Positions 48,150-57,440 of a stretch of 64,000 bases of DNA are shown one piece after another. Within the stretch, counting starts at the first letter, position 1, and each line of letters starts with the position of its first letter. This DNA is from an uncultured bacterium. Lineage in GTDB: Bacteria; Gemmatimonadota; Gemmatimonadetes; Gemmatimonadales; Gemmatimonadaceae. Made by a program: the position numbers and the translations under genes. The notes under the pieces were generated by a model, which searched no databases, had not been told where the DNA came from, and saw only the letters and a program-made list of their open reading frames with translations. The stretch spans positions 1 to 64,000 of the forward strand of contig CAXBQP010000001.1 in assembly GCA_963978095.1 (NCBI GenBank), read 5' to 3'.

Positions 48150-48434
48150 TTGCTGCAGAAAGTCGTCGAGACGCAATCGGATGCCGCCGCCCGGATCCGC
48201 GTGCAACTCGAGGCGAACGACGAGGCGGGGGCGGCCCGCGAACTCCACACGCTGCGCGGCGCGGCCGGCAACCTGGGACTGACGGAAGTCGCGGCGCACG
48301 CCAGTCAACTCGAGACCGCCATCAGACAGGGGCGCGACACCACCAGCCCGTTCCTGATTTTCGAGGCGACCCTCGCGCGCACGATGGACGTGATCGCGAA
48401 GGGATTGGCCGACGTCACCACCGCAGCGCGATAG
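48150..48434 (+). CDS. stand-alone Hpt domain protein, possibly an N-terminally truncated remnant
   Basis: ARELHTLRGAAGNLG Hpt signature; similarity appears to begin upstream of the TTG start (NRGLYTRLL), after an in-frame stop at 48114. Confidence 0.6.
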   Translation: MLQKVVETQSDAAARIRVQLEANDEAGAARELHTLRGAAGNLGLTEVAAHASQLETAIRQGRDTTSPFLIFEATLARTMDVIAKGLADVTTAAR

Positions 48435-48489
48435 ACGCGCCACGCACGGCATCGGGTGCGCACCTCATCCGATGCGCATCCAGGCACGG

Positions 48490-49011
48490 CTAGAACCCGA
48501 CGCCGATCCCCCACGTGAACAGCCCGCGCGGCGCACTCCCGCCGCTGGTGCGCACGAAGTAGCCGATGCGAGGAGAGATCCCCACGAGATACGCCCCACC
48601 GCCCTCGATCCCCACGTACGTGGCGTTCGGAGTGCCACCGTTCGGCGCGCCGAAGGTACGGAGCAGCGCCAGCTGACCGAACCAGAACGTCCCCATCGCA
48701 CCGAGGTAGCGATGGTATCCCAGGCCGAGTGAACCGGCGCCGAGCCCGAGGCGCGCGGACACCCAGCTGCACTGCAGGGCCTCACTCGTCGCGCTCGTTC
48801 GATTCAGGCGCGACTCGCGCCCGTAGGCCCAGTCCACGCCGACACGCTGTGGGCCGCCAACGGTCACATTGGCCAAGCACGCGCCCCACCGGGGAAAGCC
48901 GTCACGCGCATCATGCTTGGTGAACGTGTATTGTGCCTGCGCGCGCGCCGGCACGAGCAACAGCAGCACCATCGCGGCGAGCGCCACTCCCGGCCCGCCG
49001 CCGCGACGCAT
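48490..49011 (-). CDS. hypothetical secreted / outer-membrane beta protein
   Basis: Signal peptide (AQA-Q), alternating beta pattern, C-terminal WGIGVGF; start overlaps the dnaJ stop. Confidence 0.7.
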   Translation of the reverse strand: MRRGGGPGVALAAMVLLLLVPARAQAQYTFTKHDARDGFPRWGACLANVTVGGPQRVGVDWAYGRESRLNRTSATSEALQCSWVSARLGLGAGSLGLGYHRYLGAMGTFWFGQLALLRTFGAPNGGTPNATYVGIEGGGAYLVGISPRIGYFVRTSGGSAPRGLFTWGIGVGF

Positions 49012-50144
49012 CAGCGTTCGAGCCCCGCCGACTCGGCGAAGCGCTCGATCAGCCGGATCTCCTCGGCCGACAGTTTCTCGGGCACCACGATCTCCACTTC
49101 GACCAGCAGATCCCCCTGCTTGCCGTCCTTCGTGATACCCTGTCCGCGCACGCGGAAGCGCTTCCCGCTGGACGTTCCTGGCGGGATCTTGATCGCCACG
49201 GTCTTCTCGTCCGGCGTTTCCACGCTCGCCTTCGAGCCCAGCAGCGCCTGGGCCACGTTGATCTTGGCGCGTGTGATCAGATCGAGTCCGTCACGCCCCC
49301 AGCGAGAATCCTCGTGCACCCGAAACGTGATCACGATATCACCCGGTGCACCGCCACGCTGCCCGCGCCCGCCCTGCCCCTTGAGACGGATCTTCCCTCC
49401 GGTGTCCACACCGGCCGGTACGGTGATCATCACCTTCCGCTTGCTGCGTGTCTCACCGGCGCCACGGCAATCCCGACATTTCTCGGACGGGAGCTGCCCC
49501 TTGCCAAGGCACAGCGGGCAGGGGCGGTTCACGGCGAACCCGCCCTGCCCGAAGGAGATCGACCCGCGGCCATTGCATTCGTGACACGGCTGGAGACGCG
49601 CGCCCTTGGCCGCGCCGGATCCGCTGCAGGTGGCGCACTCCTCATTCACCTCGAGATCGATCGGCACCTTGCCACCGGTCGCCGCGATCTTGAAGGGAAC
49701 ATCCAGCGTCGTTTCGATCGTCTGTCCCGGCTCCGGCCCCACGGGCTTCTGTCCGCGAGCGCCGCCACCACCGAACATGGAGCTGAAGAGATCGCCAAGG
49801 CCGCCGATCCCGCCGACGTCATTGATTTCGTCGAACTTGAAGTTCTGCGCGCCGCCGGGAGCGCTCCCACCGCCCGGGCGCGATCCGGCGCCAGGACGCG
49901 ACCGCGGCCCGCGAGACTCGAAGGCGCCGAGGCGACGCATCTCGTCGTACTGCGCGCGCTTCTTGGCGTCCCCCAACACCTGATACGCCTCCGAGATCTC
50001 CTTGAATCGCTCGGCGGACTTGGAATCGTTCTTGTTGGAGTCGGGGTGATGCTCCTTCGCGAGGCGCCGATACTGCGTCTTGATCTCGTCCGCCGTGGCG
50101 CGTTCCGAGACCCCCATGACGGTATAGAAATCCTTGGCGGCCAT
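49011..50144 (-). CDS. dnaJ: molecular chaperone DnaJ (type I)
   Basis: J domain with HPD, G/F region, four CxxCxGxG repeats, C-terminal domain. Confidence 0.96.
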   Translation of the reverse strand: MAAKDFYTVMGVSERATADEIKTQYRRLAKEHHPDSNKNDSKSAERFKEISEAYQVLGDAKKRAQYDEMRRLGAFESRGPRSRPGAGSRPGGGSAPGGAQNFKFDEINDVGGIGGLGDLFSSMFGGGGARGQKPVGPEPGQTIETTLDVPFKIAATGGKVPIDLEVNEECATCSGSGAAKGARLQPCHECNGRGSISFGQGGFAVNRPCPLCLGKGQLPSEKCRDCRGAGETRSKRKVMITVPAGVDTGGKIRLKGQGGRGQRGGAPGDIVITFRVHEDSRWGRDGLDLITRAKINVAQALLGSKASVETPDEKTVAIKIPPGTSSGKRFRVRGQGITKDGKQGDLLVEVEIVVPEKLSAEEIRLIERFAESAGLER

Positions 50145-50193
50145 CAGCGCGGACACCCACGAACGGCCATCACCTGCGGAGCGAACCCGCGCA

Positions 50194-50751
50194 TCATCCG
50201 TTCCACTGCTTCACGACCACGCGCGCGGGACGCAGCAGCTGCCCGTTGAACAGGTAGCCCACCTGATACACCTGCGCGACGGTGTGGTCCTCCTCGGGCG
50301 TCGCTGCCGGGACGGTCGTGAGCGCTTCGGCGACGGCGGGATCGAACCGGACGCCGAGAGGATTCACCAGCTCCAGCCCATGCCCAGCCAGCGACTTGAG
50401 CAGCTTCTTTTCCACCATTTCCGCGCCGGTCACCACTGCCGCTGATTCAACCGTGGTCGGGTCGACGTGCGCGAACCGCCCGAGGTCGTCCAGCGCATCG
50501 AGAATCCCCGCGATGAGCAATCCCATCCCCTTGTGCTCGGCTTCCTGCCGTTCCCGGACACTCCGCTTGCGAAAGTTGTCGTACTCGGCGGCCAAGCGAA
50601 GGTACTTGTCCTTCTGATCCGCGATCTGGGCCTGCAGCACGGCGAGCTCGGCCTCGAGGCCGCTGGCGACCTCCGCCGCAGGATCGAGCGGCGCAACGAA
50701 GTCGGGGTCAGGAGCGGTCGCGCCGGTCGGATTATCAGTAGAGTCGGTCAT
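50194..50751 (-). CDS. grpE: nucleotide exchange factor GrpE
   Basis: YLRLAAEYDNFRKR, FDP..AEA, QVGY....LLRPARVVV. Confidence 0.96.
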   Translation of the reverse strand: MTDSTDNPTGATAPDPDFVAPLDPAAEVASGLEAELAVLQAQIADQKDKYLRLAAEYDNFRKRSVRERQEAEHKGMGLLIAGILDALDDLGRFAHVDPTTVESAAVVTGAEMVEKKLLKSLAGHGLELVNPLGVRFDPAVAEALTTVPAATPEEDHTVAQVYQVGYLFNGQLLRPARVVVKQWNG

Positions 50752-50785
50752 GATTCCTTAAAGGTCGTCGTCCAGAGGCCCTTTC

Positions 50786-50801
50786 TGCAACGGTCGTGCC
50801 G
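50786..50801 (-). promoter_or_regulatory. putative sigma54 (-24/-12) promoter of grpE-dnaJ
   Basis: Minus strand CGGCACG-ACCG-TTGCA against consensus TGGCACG-N4-TTGCW, 35 nt upstream of the grpE start. Confidence 0.7.
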
Positions 50802-50910
50802 CCAAACACTGTCGCGCTGTCAGCGGAGCGCGCCGATATGACGCAGCGGGGCGTGGCCGAGGGCCGACTTGGCGGGTGCCGCCTGCGACGGGGCGGCCAG
50901 GGAGAGGTGG

Positions 50911-52176
50911 CTAGACGGCTCCCTCGGGCTCGAGCAGGGCACGGCGCAGGAGGTTCAGGGCCGCCTGCGCTGCTCGACGGCGGATCTCGTCCCGGTCGCC
51001 AACCATCACTGCGCGGGTGGAGCTGATCCTCCCCTGCATGAAGAGGCCAAAGCAGACGGTGCCGACCGGCTTTTCGTCCGACCCACCCCCCGGGCCCGCG
51101 ATTCCGGTGATGCTAAGTGCCACGTCGGCAGCAGTCGCGCGGGCAGCGCCGGCTGCCATCTCCCGGGCCACGGGCTCGCTCACGGCACCGTGCTGCCGCA
51201 ACAGCTCCGCGTCCACGGAAAGCAACCGCTCCTTGATCCCATTGGCATAGGCGATCACCCCGCCCAGCACCACGTCACTCGACCCCGGAATCGCGGTCAG
51301 CCGAGCGCCGAGCAGTCCACCGGTGCAACTCTCGGCGACGGCGAGCATCAGACCGCGCACGCGGAGAGCATCCAGGACGACAGCCGCGAGGTCGGTGTCC
51401 CCTTCGCCGTACGTCGCCGGGCCCACGATCTCGAGCAGCGCCGCACCGGCACGTTCCAGCGCGACCGCAGCATCGGCCGCGGTACGGCCGCGCGATGTGA
51501 GTCGCAGATCGACCCCTTCCCAGCCCGGCAGGTATGCCAGTCCGACCCCTTCGGGATTCTTGGCCAGCAATCCCAGTTGGTCGGCGATCGCCGATTCACC
51601 GACGCCTGTCGTCCGCAGCGTCCGCGACACGATCACCGTCGGGTCACCTGTCACGCGCGCGCGAATGAGCGGGAGGAGCTGGTCGGCCAGCATGCCGCGC
51701 ATCTCGCGAGGCACCCCCGGGAGCATGGCAACCCAGCGGCCGCGCTCGTCCTCCAACCAGATTCCCGGCGCCGTGCCGTGCCCGTTGGCGAGAATCCTCG
51801 CGCCGGCGGGGATCATCGCTTGCTGATAGTTCGAGCGCGGCAGATCGCCGCTGCGCCCCCACGCTTTCCAGCGCGCCTTGAGCGCGTCGATGATCGCGTC
51901 GTGCTGCTCCATCGGACGACCGAAGATCGCGGCGATCGACTCCTTGGTCATGTCGTCGGAGGTCGGACCGAGCCCGCCCGTCGTGATCACGGCGCCGGTC
52001 CGCTCGAGCGCCTCCCGGACCGCGGCCGCGATCTCGAGCGCGCTGTCGCCACAGGTCTGCCGACGGATGATCTGGACCCCGATGGAGGCCAGCTGCCGCG
52101 CCAGATGTGCCGCGTTGGTATCGATGGTGAATCCGAGCAACAGCTCGTCACCAATCGTGACGATTTCGACGTTCAT
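50911..52176 (-). CDS. cinA: CinA / NMN deamidase (PncC) fusion
   Basis: TIGDELL, TGGLGPTSDD, LPGVPREM, AESCTGG, HGAVS, TGIAGPGGG, KPVGTV. Confidence 0.95.
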   Translation of the reverse strand: MNVEIVTIGDELLLGFTIDTNAAHLARQLASIGVQIIRRQTCGDSALEIAAAVREALERTGAVITTGGLGPTSDDMTKESIAAIFGRPMEQHDAIIDALKARWKAWGRSGDLPRSNYQQAMIPAGARILANGHGTAPGIWLEDERGRWVAMLPGVPREMRGMLADQLLPLIRARVTGDPTVIVSRTLRTTGVGESAIADQLGLLAKNPEGVGLAYLPGWEGVDLRLTSRGRTAADAAVALERAGAALLEIVGPATYGEGDTDLAAVVLDALRVRGLMLAVAESCTGGLLGARLTAIPGSSDVVLGGVIAYANGIKERLLSVDAELLRQHGAVSEPVAREMAAGAARATAADVALSITGIAGPGGGSDEKPVGTVCFGLFMQGRISSTRAVMVGDRDEIRRRAAQAALNLLRRALLEPEGAV

Positions 52177-52904
52177 CGGGTGAAGAGCGCCCCGTAGCGT
52201 CGCATGTAGAGGACGAGCGACCAGAGGGTCAGGGCGACGGCGAGAATCATGGACAGCTCACCGACGCTGCCCACGAACTGCGTGACCCATGCCCACGCCT
52301 CTCCCTGCACGAGTTCATGCCGCGCGAACGTGATCACGGCGAAGTGGCAGAAAGCGGCCCCGACCCAGATGTACTGCACGGCCGCCTTCCATTTGGCCGG
52401 GCCGATCGCCGCGATCACCACGCCGCGCCGCTGGGCGAAGGCGCGGAAGCCCGTCATGAACGCCTCGCGGCCCAGGACCACGGCGATCACCCACCACGGG
52501 AGGTACCACGTGCCGAAGAACGAGATGAACGGGAAGCGATGGGCGTGCGTCAGCACACCCGGAATCCCGCCCAGCAGTGAGACGACCGGATCGCCCGGCG
52601 CCGACTGCAGGACGAGGAGGGTGACGCTGGTCGCCACCAGCAGCAGTTTGTCCGCCAGCGGATCGAGCGACTTGCCGAGATCGGTGACGAGCCCGCGCGT
52701 CCGGGCGAGCACGCCGTCGACGTAGTCACTGATGGCGGCGGCCACGTACAGTCCGAACGCCACCGCGCGCCAGGTCGGCGAGTCGATGAAGGGCAGGTAC
52801 GCGATCAACGGCGCGACCGCGATGCGCGTCGCCGTGATCGCGTTGGGAAGATTGAAATCACTTCCCGCCGACCGGGAAGCCGACTCGCGCGACGATTCGC
52901 TCAC
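52173..52904 (-). CDS. pgsA: CDP-alcohol phosphatidyltransferase (PgsA-like)
   Basis: NLPNAIT..R, SDYVDGVLAR..GLVTDLGKSLDPLADKLL, GREAFMT. Confidence 0.85.
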   Translation of the reverse strand: MSESSRESASRSAGSDFNLPNAITATRIAVAPLIAYLPFIDSPTWRAVAFGLYVAAAISDYVDGVLARTRGLVTDLGKSLDPLADKLLLVATSVTLLVLQSAPGDPVVSLLGGIPGVLTHAHRFPFISFFGTWYLPWWVIAVVLGREAFMTGFRAFAQRRGVVIAAIGPAKWKAAVQYIWVGAAFCHFAVITFARHELVQGEAWAWVTQFVGSVGELSMILAVALTLWSLVLYMRRYGALFTR

Positions 52905-52911
52905 GCGACGC

Positions 52912-53589
52912 TCATGCCTGGGCTTTCAGCACGAGCTTGCTGACGGCTTTGAGGGTGTCGAACACTCCATCGCCGGTCACCGCGACGGCTTCGAAGTAAG
53001 GCACCCGCTCCACCCACTCCCCGGTCGGGAGCTGGTGGACGAGCGCTTCGCCGTCATGATACGGATCGGGCGTCACCTGCTGACGCGTCACATCGGTGAT
53101 CTCCCATCCCGGGTTCAGCGCCGCCTGCAGTTGCTGCAGCGATGCCGCATTGGGGAGATCACGTTTGTTGTACTGGATCACGAAGGGGAGCTTCGTGATG
53201 TCATAGCCGTACTCGGCCATGTTGTCGTACAGGTTCTGCATGGCCTCCTGGTTCGCCTCCATCCGATCGATCTGCGAGTCGGCCACGAACACGAGCCCAT
53301 CGACGCCTTTCAGAATCAGTTTCCGCGAGGCGTTGTAGTACACCTGCCCGGGGACCGTGTACAGGTGGAATCGCGTCTTGAATCCCCGGATCGTCCCAAG
53401 GTCCACCGGGAGAAAATCGAAGAACAGCGTGCGTTCCGTCTCGGTCGCGAGCGAGATCAGCTTGCCACGGGTATCCGGCTTCGTCTTGGCATACACATGC
53501 TCGAGATTGGTGGTCTTTCCGCCAAGTCCCGGGCCGTAGTACACGATCTTGCAGTTGATCTCGCGCGACGCATAGTTGATCATCGACAT
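52912..53589 (-). CDS. mglA: small GTPase MglA
   Basis: [52 protein letters not shown]. Confidence 0.95.
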   Translation of the reverse strand: MSMINYASREINCKIVYYGPGLGGKTTNLEHVYAKTKPDTRGKLISLATETERTLFFDFLPVDLGTIRGFKTRFHLYTVPGQVYYNASRKLILKGVDGLVFVADSQIDRMEANQEAMQNLYDNMAEYGYDITKLPFVIQYNKRDLPNAASLQQLQAALNPGWEITDVTRQQVTPDPYHDGEALVHQLPTGEWVERVPYFEAVAVTGDGVFDTLKAVSKLVLKAQA

Positions 53590-53600
53590 GGACGCGCCTC

Positions 53601-54086
53601 CTAGCTGAACAGCTGGTCAATCTCGTCGTGGGCGCCCGACAGGATGCTGGGGCGCCCCGGGCCGGAAGCGGCCGATCGCGAGAGAATGGTTTCGAACACA
53701 CGGGTCAACTCGACCACGGAATCCTTGAGCTTGAGTCGAACGAGTCCGAGCGTGGTGCGCTGGTCGAACAGGGCCACGACGATCACCCGCCGCGCGACGT
53801 CGGCCAGCACCATCGACTCCTTCTCCCCCTGATGCACGAGCGTGCTGAACTCGCGCTCCCCCACCAATCGGGCGAGCTGATCGTTGGCGCTGAAATCAGC
53901 GGCGGTCAGCGTGGCGAACGCGGTGGGGTCGAACTCGATGGGTTCGCCCGCCGTCGCCACGAGCTGTCCGGCGCGATCGATCAGCAACACGCATTTCGCC
54001 GAACTCTCCGACAAGAAACGTTCGAGCACGCCGGCGATGTCGGCGGCATCCGCTTCGGTGAACGACCAGCTGCTCGCCCCCGCCAT
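53601..54086 (-). CDS. mglB: roadblock/LC7 protein MglB (GAP for MglA)
   Basis: [46 protein letters not shown]; adjacent to mglA. Confidence 0.92.
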   Translation of the reverse strand: MAGASSWSFTEADAADIAGVLERFLSESSAKCVLLIDRAGQLVATAGEPIEFDPTAFATLTAADFSANDQLARLVGEREFSTLVHQGEKESMVLADVARRVIVVALFDQRTTLGLVRLKLKDSVVELTRVFETILSRSAASGPGRPSILSGAHDEIDQLFS

Positions 54087-54099
54087 CAGTGCGCTCCGC

Positions 54100-54690
54100 T
54101 CATTGCATGACCCGTCGAGCGGAGATCGCCTGCGCGATCGTGCCGCCATCGGCGTATTCGAGGTCCCCGCCGACGGGGAGCCCACGCGCGAGCCGCGTGA
54201 CACTCACGCCGTAGGGCGCCACCTGTTCCTGCACATAGAGCGCGGTGGCCTCCCCTTCGAGACGCGGGTTGGTCGCGACGATCACCTCGCGAACACCGCC
54301 CGCCGACACCCGCTGCACCAAGGCCATCACGGTGAGATCATCCGGCCCGACACCATCGAGTGGTGACAGCCGTCCGCCGAGCACATGATACACGCCCCGG
54401 TACTCGGCCGTGCGCTCGATGGCGCCGATGTCGCTCGCTTCTTCCACCACGCAGATGATCGACGCATCGCGCCGTGGGTCGGCACAGACCGGGCATACTG
54501 CCGCTTCCGTGAGATTGAAGCACCGTTCGCACGAGCGGACCCGTTCGTGCAGCGTCCCAAGGGCCTTGGAGAGCCGCTGCGCCTGATCCGGCGACTGTTT
54601 GAGCAGATGATAGGTGAGGCGCATCGCCGACTTCCGCCCGATGGTCGGCAGGCGCGACAGTTCCGTGACGAGTTCGTCGATGGCCGACAC
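54100..54690 (-). CDS. recR: recombination mediator RecR
   Basis: LPTIGRKSAMR, CERC..CPVC zinc finger, YHVLGG.LSPLDG, EGEATA, RGLPVGGDLEYAD. Confidence 0.97.
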   Translation of the reverse strand: MSAIDELVTELSRLPTIGRKSAMRLTYHLLKQSPDQAQRLSKALGTLHERVRSCERCFNLTEAAVCPVCADPRRDASIICVVEEASDIGAIERTAEYRGVYHVLGGRLSPLDGVGPDDLTVMALVQRVSAGGVREVIVATNPRLEGEATALYVQEQVAPYGVSVTRLARGLPVGGDLEYADGGTIAQAISARRVMQ

Positions 54691-54695
54691 GGCAC

Positions 54696-56414
54696 TCAGT
54701 CCAAGAGCCGGAGATCGAGTGCATCGACCGCGGCATCCAGTATGGGATCACGCTTGCGCAGCATGGCCACCCGATTCGCGATCACATCGTCCGCAGTCAG
54801 CCGCTTCGAGGGCGCGTCTCCCCCCACCCCACGGACCGCGACCTTGGACGCGCCGCTGAATCGCGCGCGGATCGCCGTGAGAATCGCGTCGCCGCCGCTC
54901 TCGAGCGCCTCCACCAAGGCCTCCCCCGTCACCTCGATGGTGACGATGCCCGAGGCCGTGACCGCCATCGGCGCCGACTCGGCGAGCGCACTCGCCACCA
55001 CCACTCGGCCGGACCGGCGCACGGCTTCCACGACATCGTCCCAATGCTCGGACAGCCGATTGATGTCGAGGGGGATCGCGACGGGCGCGGGCGTGCGCTG
55101 ATCCGCCACCGGCGCGACACGGTCGCGCTCCGCCACCGGCGCGGAGGGTGCTGGCACCCGCGCCGACGGCAGGCCAGCATCGGCGAGCACGGCGGGTTCG
55201 CGACGGAGGGCTCCGGCGGTCCCGCGGGATGGTGCGATCTCCGGTGCCTCGCGGCGGGTCCCCCCCCCACCGCTCGACGGCATCCCGTGCACGCCCTTGA
55301 GTACCTCCTCGATCGCAAGCGTCCGGTCGAGCAGTGCGAAGCGCACGAGGAGGGTTTCCATCAACAACTGCTGCTGCCCACTGCGCCGGAAATGCGGCTC
55401 CAGCTCGATCAGGATCGACAACATCCGCAACAGATCGGACGCCTGATACCGCCCCTTCCGGGCGGCCAGTTCGCCACTGAGGTAGTCGGAGATCTCGGGG
55501 ACGCTCCCGCCAAGCACCACCGCGAGTTGCGCGCGCAGCAAGTCCGCGAAACCGGAGAGCAGAAGCCCGAAATCCGCGCCGTAGTCGGCCAGCCGCGCAA
55601 CCGCAGCGAACACGTCGCCCGCCCGCCGTTCGGTGACGAGATCGAGGAGCGCGAGATATTCATCCTCATGCACCAGCCCGAGCGCGTCGCGGACCCCTTG
55701 GGTGGTGACCGTACCGCCGAGCGACAGCACCTGATCGGTCAACGAGAGGGCATCACGCATGGAACCATCGGCCGCCCGGGCGAGCATGCCCAGCGCGTCG
55801 GCTTCCGCACTGATCCCCTCGGCGTTGAGCACAGTGGTCAGGCGCGCGCGCACATCCGCCGGGCCGATGCGCTTGAGATCGAAGCGCTGCACCCGGGAGA
55901 GCACCGGCGCGGCCTGCTGCGCGATCTTCTGCGGCTCCGTCGTCGCGAAGACGAACACCACGCGCGGCGGCGGTTCCTCGAGCACCTTCAACAAGGTGTT
56001 CCACGCTTCCCGCGTGAGCATGTGCGCTTCGTCGATGATGTAGACCTTGTAGTTCTTCTCGCCACTCGGAGCGTAGGCGGCGCGACTCCGCAGGTCGCGC
56101 GCATCATCGACGCCGCGATTCGATGCGGCGTCGATCTCCACCACATCCATGGAGGTGTGACCGCCCCAGATGCGCGTGCAGGGCTCACACGCGCCGCACG
56201 GCTCGAAGTCCGCGGATCGATTCTCGCAGTTGAGCGCCATGGCGAGGACGCGGGCGAGCGTCGTCTTGCCGGTCCCGCGCGGACCACAGAACAAATACGC
56301 TTGCGCCACCCGATCGCTGCCAATCGCATTGCGCAACGTCGACGCCACGTGCGACTGGACCGCCACATCGGCGAATCGGCGAGGCCGGTACTTGCGGGCA
56401 AGGGCGAGCGACAT
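54696..56414 (-). CDS. dnaX: DNA polymerase III subunit gamma/tau
   Basis: LARKYRP, GPRGTGKTT, EIDAASNRGVD, IIDEAHML, LEEPP, GSMRDALS. Confidence 0.97.
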   Translation of the reverse strand: MSLALARKYRPRRFADVAVQSHVASTLRNAIGSDRVAQAYLFCGPRGTGKTTLARVLAMALNCENRSADFEPCGACEPCTRIWGGHTSMDVVEIDAASNRGVDDARDLRSRAAYAPSGEKNYKVYIIDEAHMLTREAWNTLLKVLEEPPPRVVFVFATTEPQKIAQQAAPVLSRVQRFDLKRIGPADVRARLTTVLNAEGISAEADALGMLARAADGSMRDALSLTDQVLSLGGTVTTQGVRDALGLVHEDEYLALLDLVTERRAGDVFAAVARLADYGADFGLLLSGFADLLRAQLAVVLGGSVPEISDYLSGELAARKGRYQASDLLRMLSILIELEPHFRRSGQQQLLMETLLVRFALLDRTLAIEEVLKGVHGMPSSGGGGTRREAPEIAPSRGTAGALRREPAVLADAGLPSARVPAPSAPVAERDRVAPVADQRTPAPVAIPLDINRLSEHWDDVVEAVRRSGRVVVASALAESAPMAVTASGIVTIEVTGEALVEALESGGDAILTAIRARFSGASKVAVRGVGGDAPSKRLTADDVIANRVAMLRKRDPILDAAVDALDLRLLD

Positions 56415-56466
56415 ACCCGCAATTTACTCCACGCGGTCCGTGGGGGTCAGTGCCGCCCCGCACGCA

Positions 56467-56506
56467 GCGCGGGGGGCGCCCGGTCGTCCCGGAACACCCC
56501 CCGCGC
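56467..56506. terminator. GC-rich inverted repeat downstream of the SRP RNA
   Basis: GCGCGGGGGG ... CCCCCCGCGC. Confidence 0.5.
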
Positions 56507-56508
56507 CA

Positions 56509-56609
56509 GTGCTCCAGGCCTTACGAAGCGAGGCAAGACACCACGTACCGTTGCTACCTTTCGGTCCTGGCGGAGTTGGCGGGCCGGCAACCTTCGGGGC
56601 CTGAAGCCC
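56509..56609 (-). ncRNA. ffs: signal recognition particle RNA (small type, 4.5S)
   Basis: Minus strand CCGCCAGGACCGAAAGGTAGCAACGG domain IV motif; terminal pairing GGGCTTCAGGCC / GGCCTGGAGCAC; usual position upstream of dnaX. Confidence 0.92.
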
Positions 56610-56634
56610 ATAGAAGATAGCCCGGCGCCCGGCC

Positions 56635-57051
56635 CTACGGTAGCGGCACTGTCATCATGGTGCCCTGCATTTCGAGCACGGGCTTCTCGTCGCCACCGGC
56701 GCTCACGCCAAACACCGTGGCGCGGCACACCGAAAGGGTGCGCCCAGCCCGGATGACCTGCCCCCGCGCGACGAGGCTCGACCCCACCGCCGGGGACAAC
56801 AAGTTGACCTTGAACTCCACGCTGAGCACATCCGCGTCATCGGGCATCAGCGACAGGGCCGCGTAACCGCAGGCGCTGTCCGCGATCGCCGTGGACACCC
56901 CCGCATGCACAAAGCCGTTCTGCTGGAGGAGCGCGCCCTGGATCGGCAACAGGATCTCCACCTCGCCCGGGGCCATGCGTCCCAGCGACGCACCGAGGGT
57001 CCCCATGAACGCCTGCCGCGAGAAGCTCGCGCGAATGCGGGCTTCGTTCAT
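56635..57051 (-). CDS. PaaI family thioesterase
   Basis: QQNGFVHAG, DSACGYAA, SVEFKVNLLSPA, GRTLSVC. Confidence 0.92.
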   Translation of the reverse strand: MNEARIRASFSRQAFMGTLGASLGRMAPGEVEILLPIQGALLQQNGFVHAGVSTAIADSACGYAALSLMPDDADVLSVEFKVNLLSPAVGSSLVARGQVIRAGRTLSVCRATVFGVSAGGDEKPVLEMQGTMMTVPLP

Positions 57052-57419
57052 CCCCGGGCGACCGGCGCCTGCGCCTCGTTCCACGCCCGCCACCCGCCGG
57101 CCATCGACGTCACGTTCGTGTAGCCCATCCGCTGCAACACATCGGCCGAGAGCGCCGATCGGAAGCCGCCACCACAATACAGGATGAGTTCGGTGCCCTT
57201 ATCCGGCACGAGCCCCTCGATGTCCCGCTCGATCACTCCCTTTCCGATGTGCACGGCACCGGCGGCGTGGCCGGCCTCCCATTCGCGGTCCTCGCGGACG
57301 TCGACCAGCATCGCCGCCGGCCGCGCGGCGAGCCGTGCCTGCGTCTCGGCGACGCTCACTTCACGCACCCGCGACTTGGCATCGTCAACGATCGCGAGGA
57401 ATCCTGGGGCATGCTGCAT
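57048..57419 (-). CDS. rhodanese-like sulfurtransferase
   Basis: LVDVREDREW..GH, LYCGGGFRSAL, SMAGG..AW. Confidence 0.92.
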   Translation of the reverse strand: MQHAPGFLAIVDDAKSRVREVSVAETQARLAARPAAMLVDVREDREWEAGHAAGAVHIGKGVIERDIEGLVPDKGTELILYCGGGFRSALSADVLQRMGYTNVTSMAGGWRAWNEAQAPVARG

Positions 57420-57440
57420 ATCAGTTCTCCGGAGTCAGGG

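Noticed and set aside
55260..55268. G9 run in the dnaX linker as a possible gamma-subunit slippage site
   Set aside because: It encodes Gly-Gly-Gly in a GC-rich linker, neither shifted frame has a nearby stop, and known dnaX signals are A-rich.
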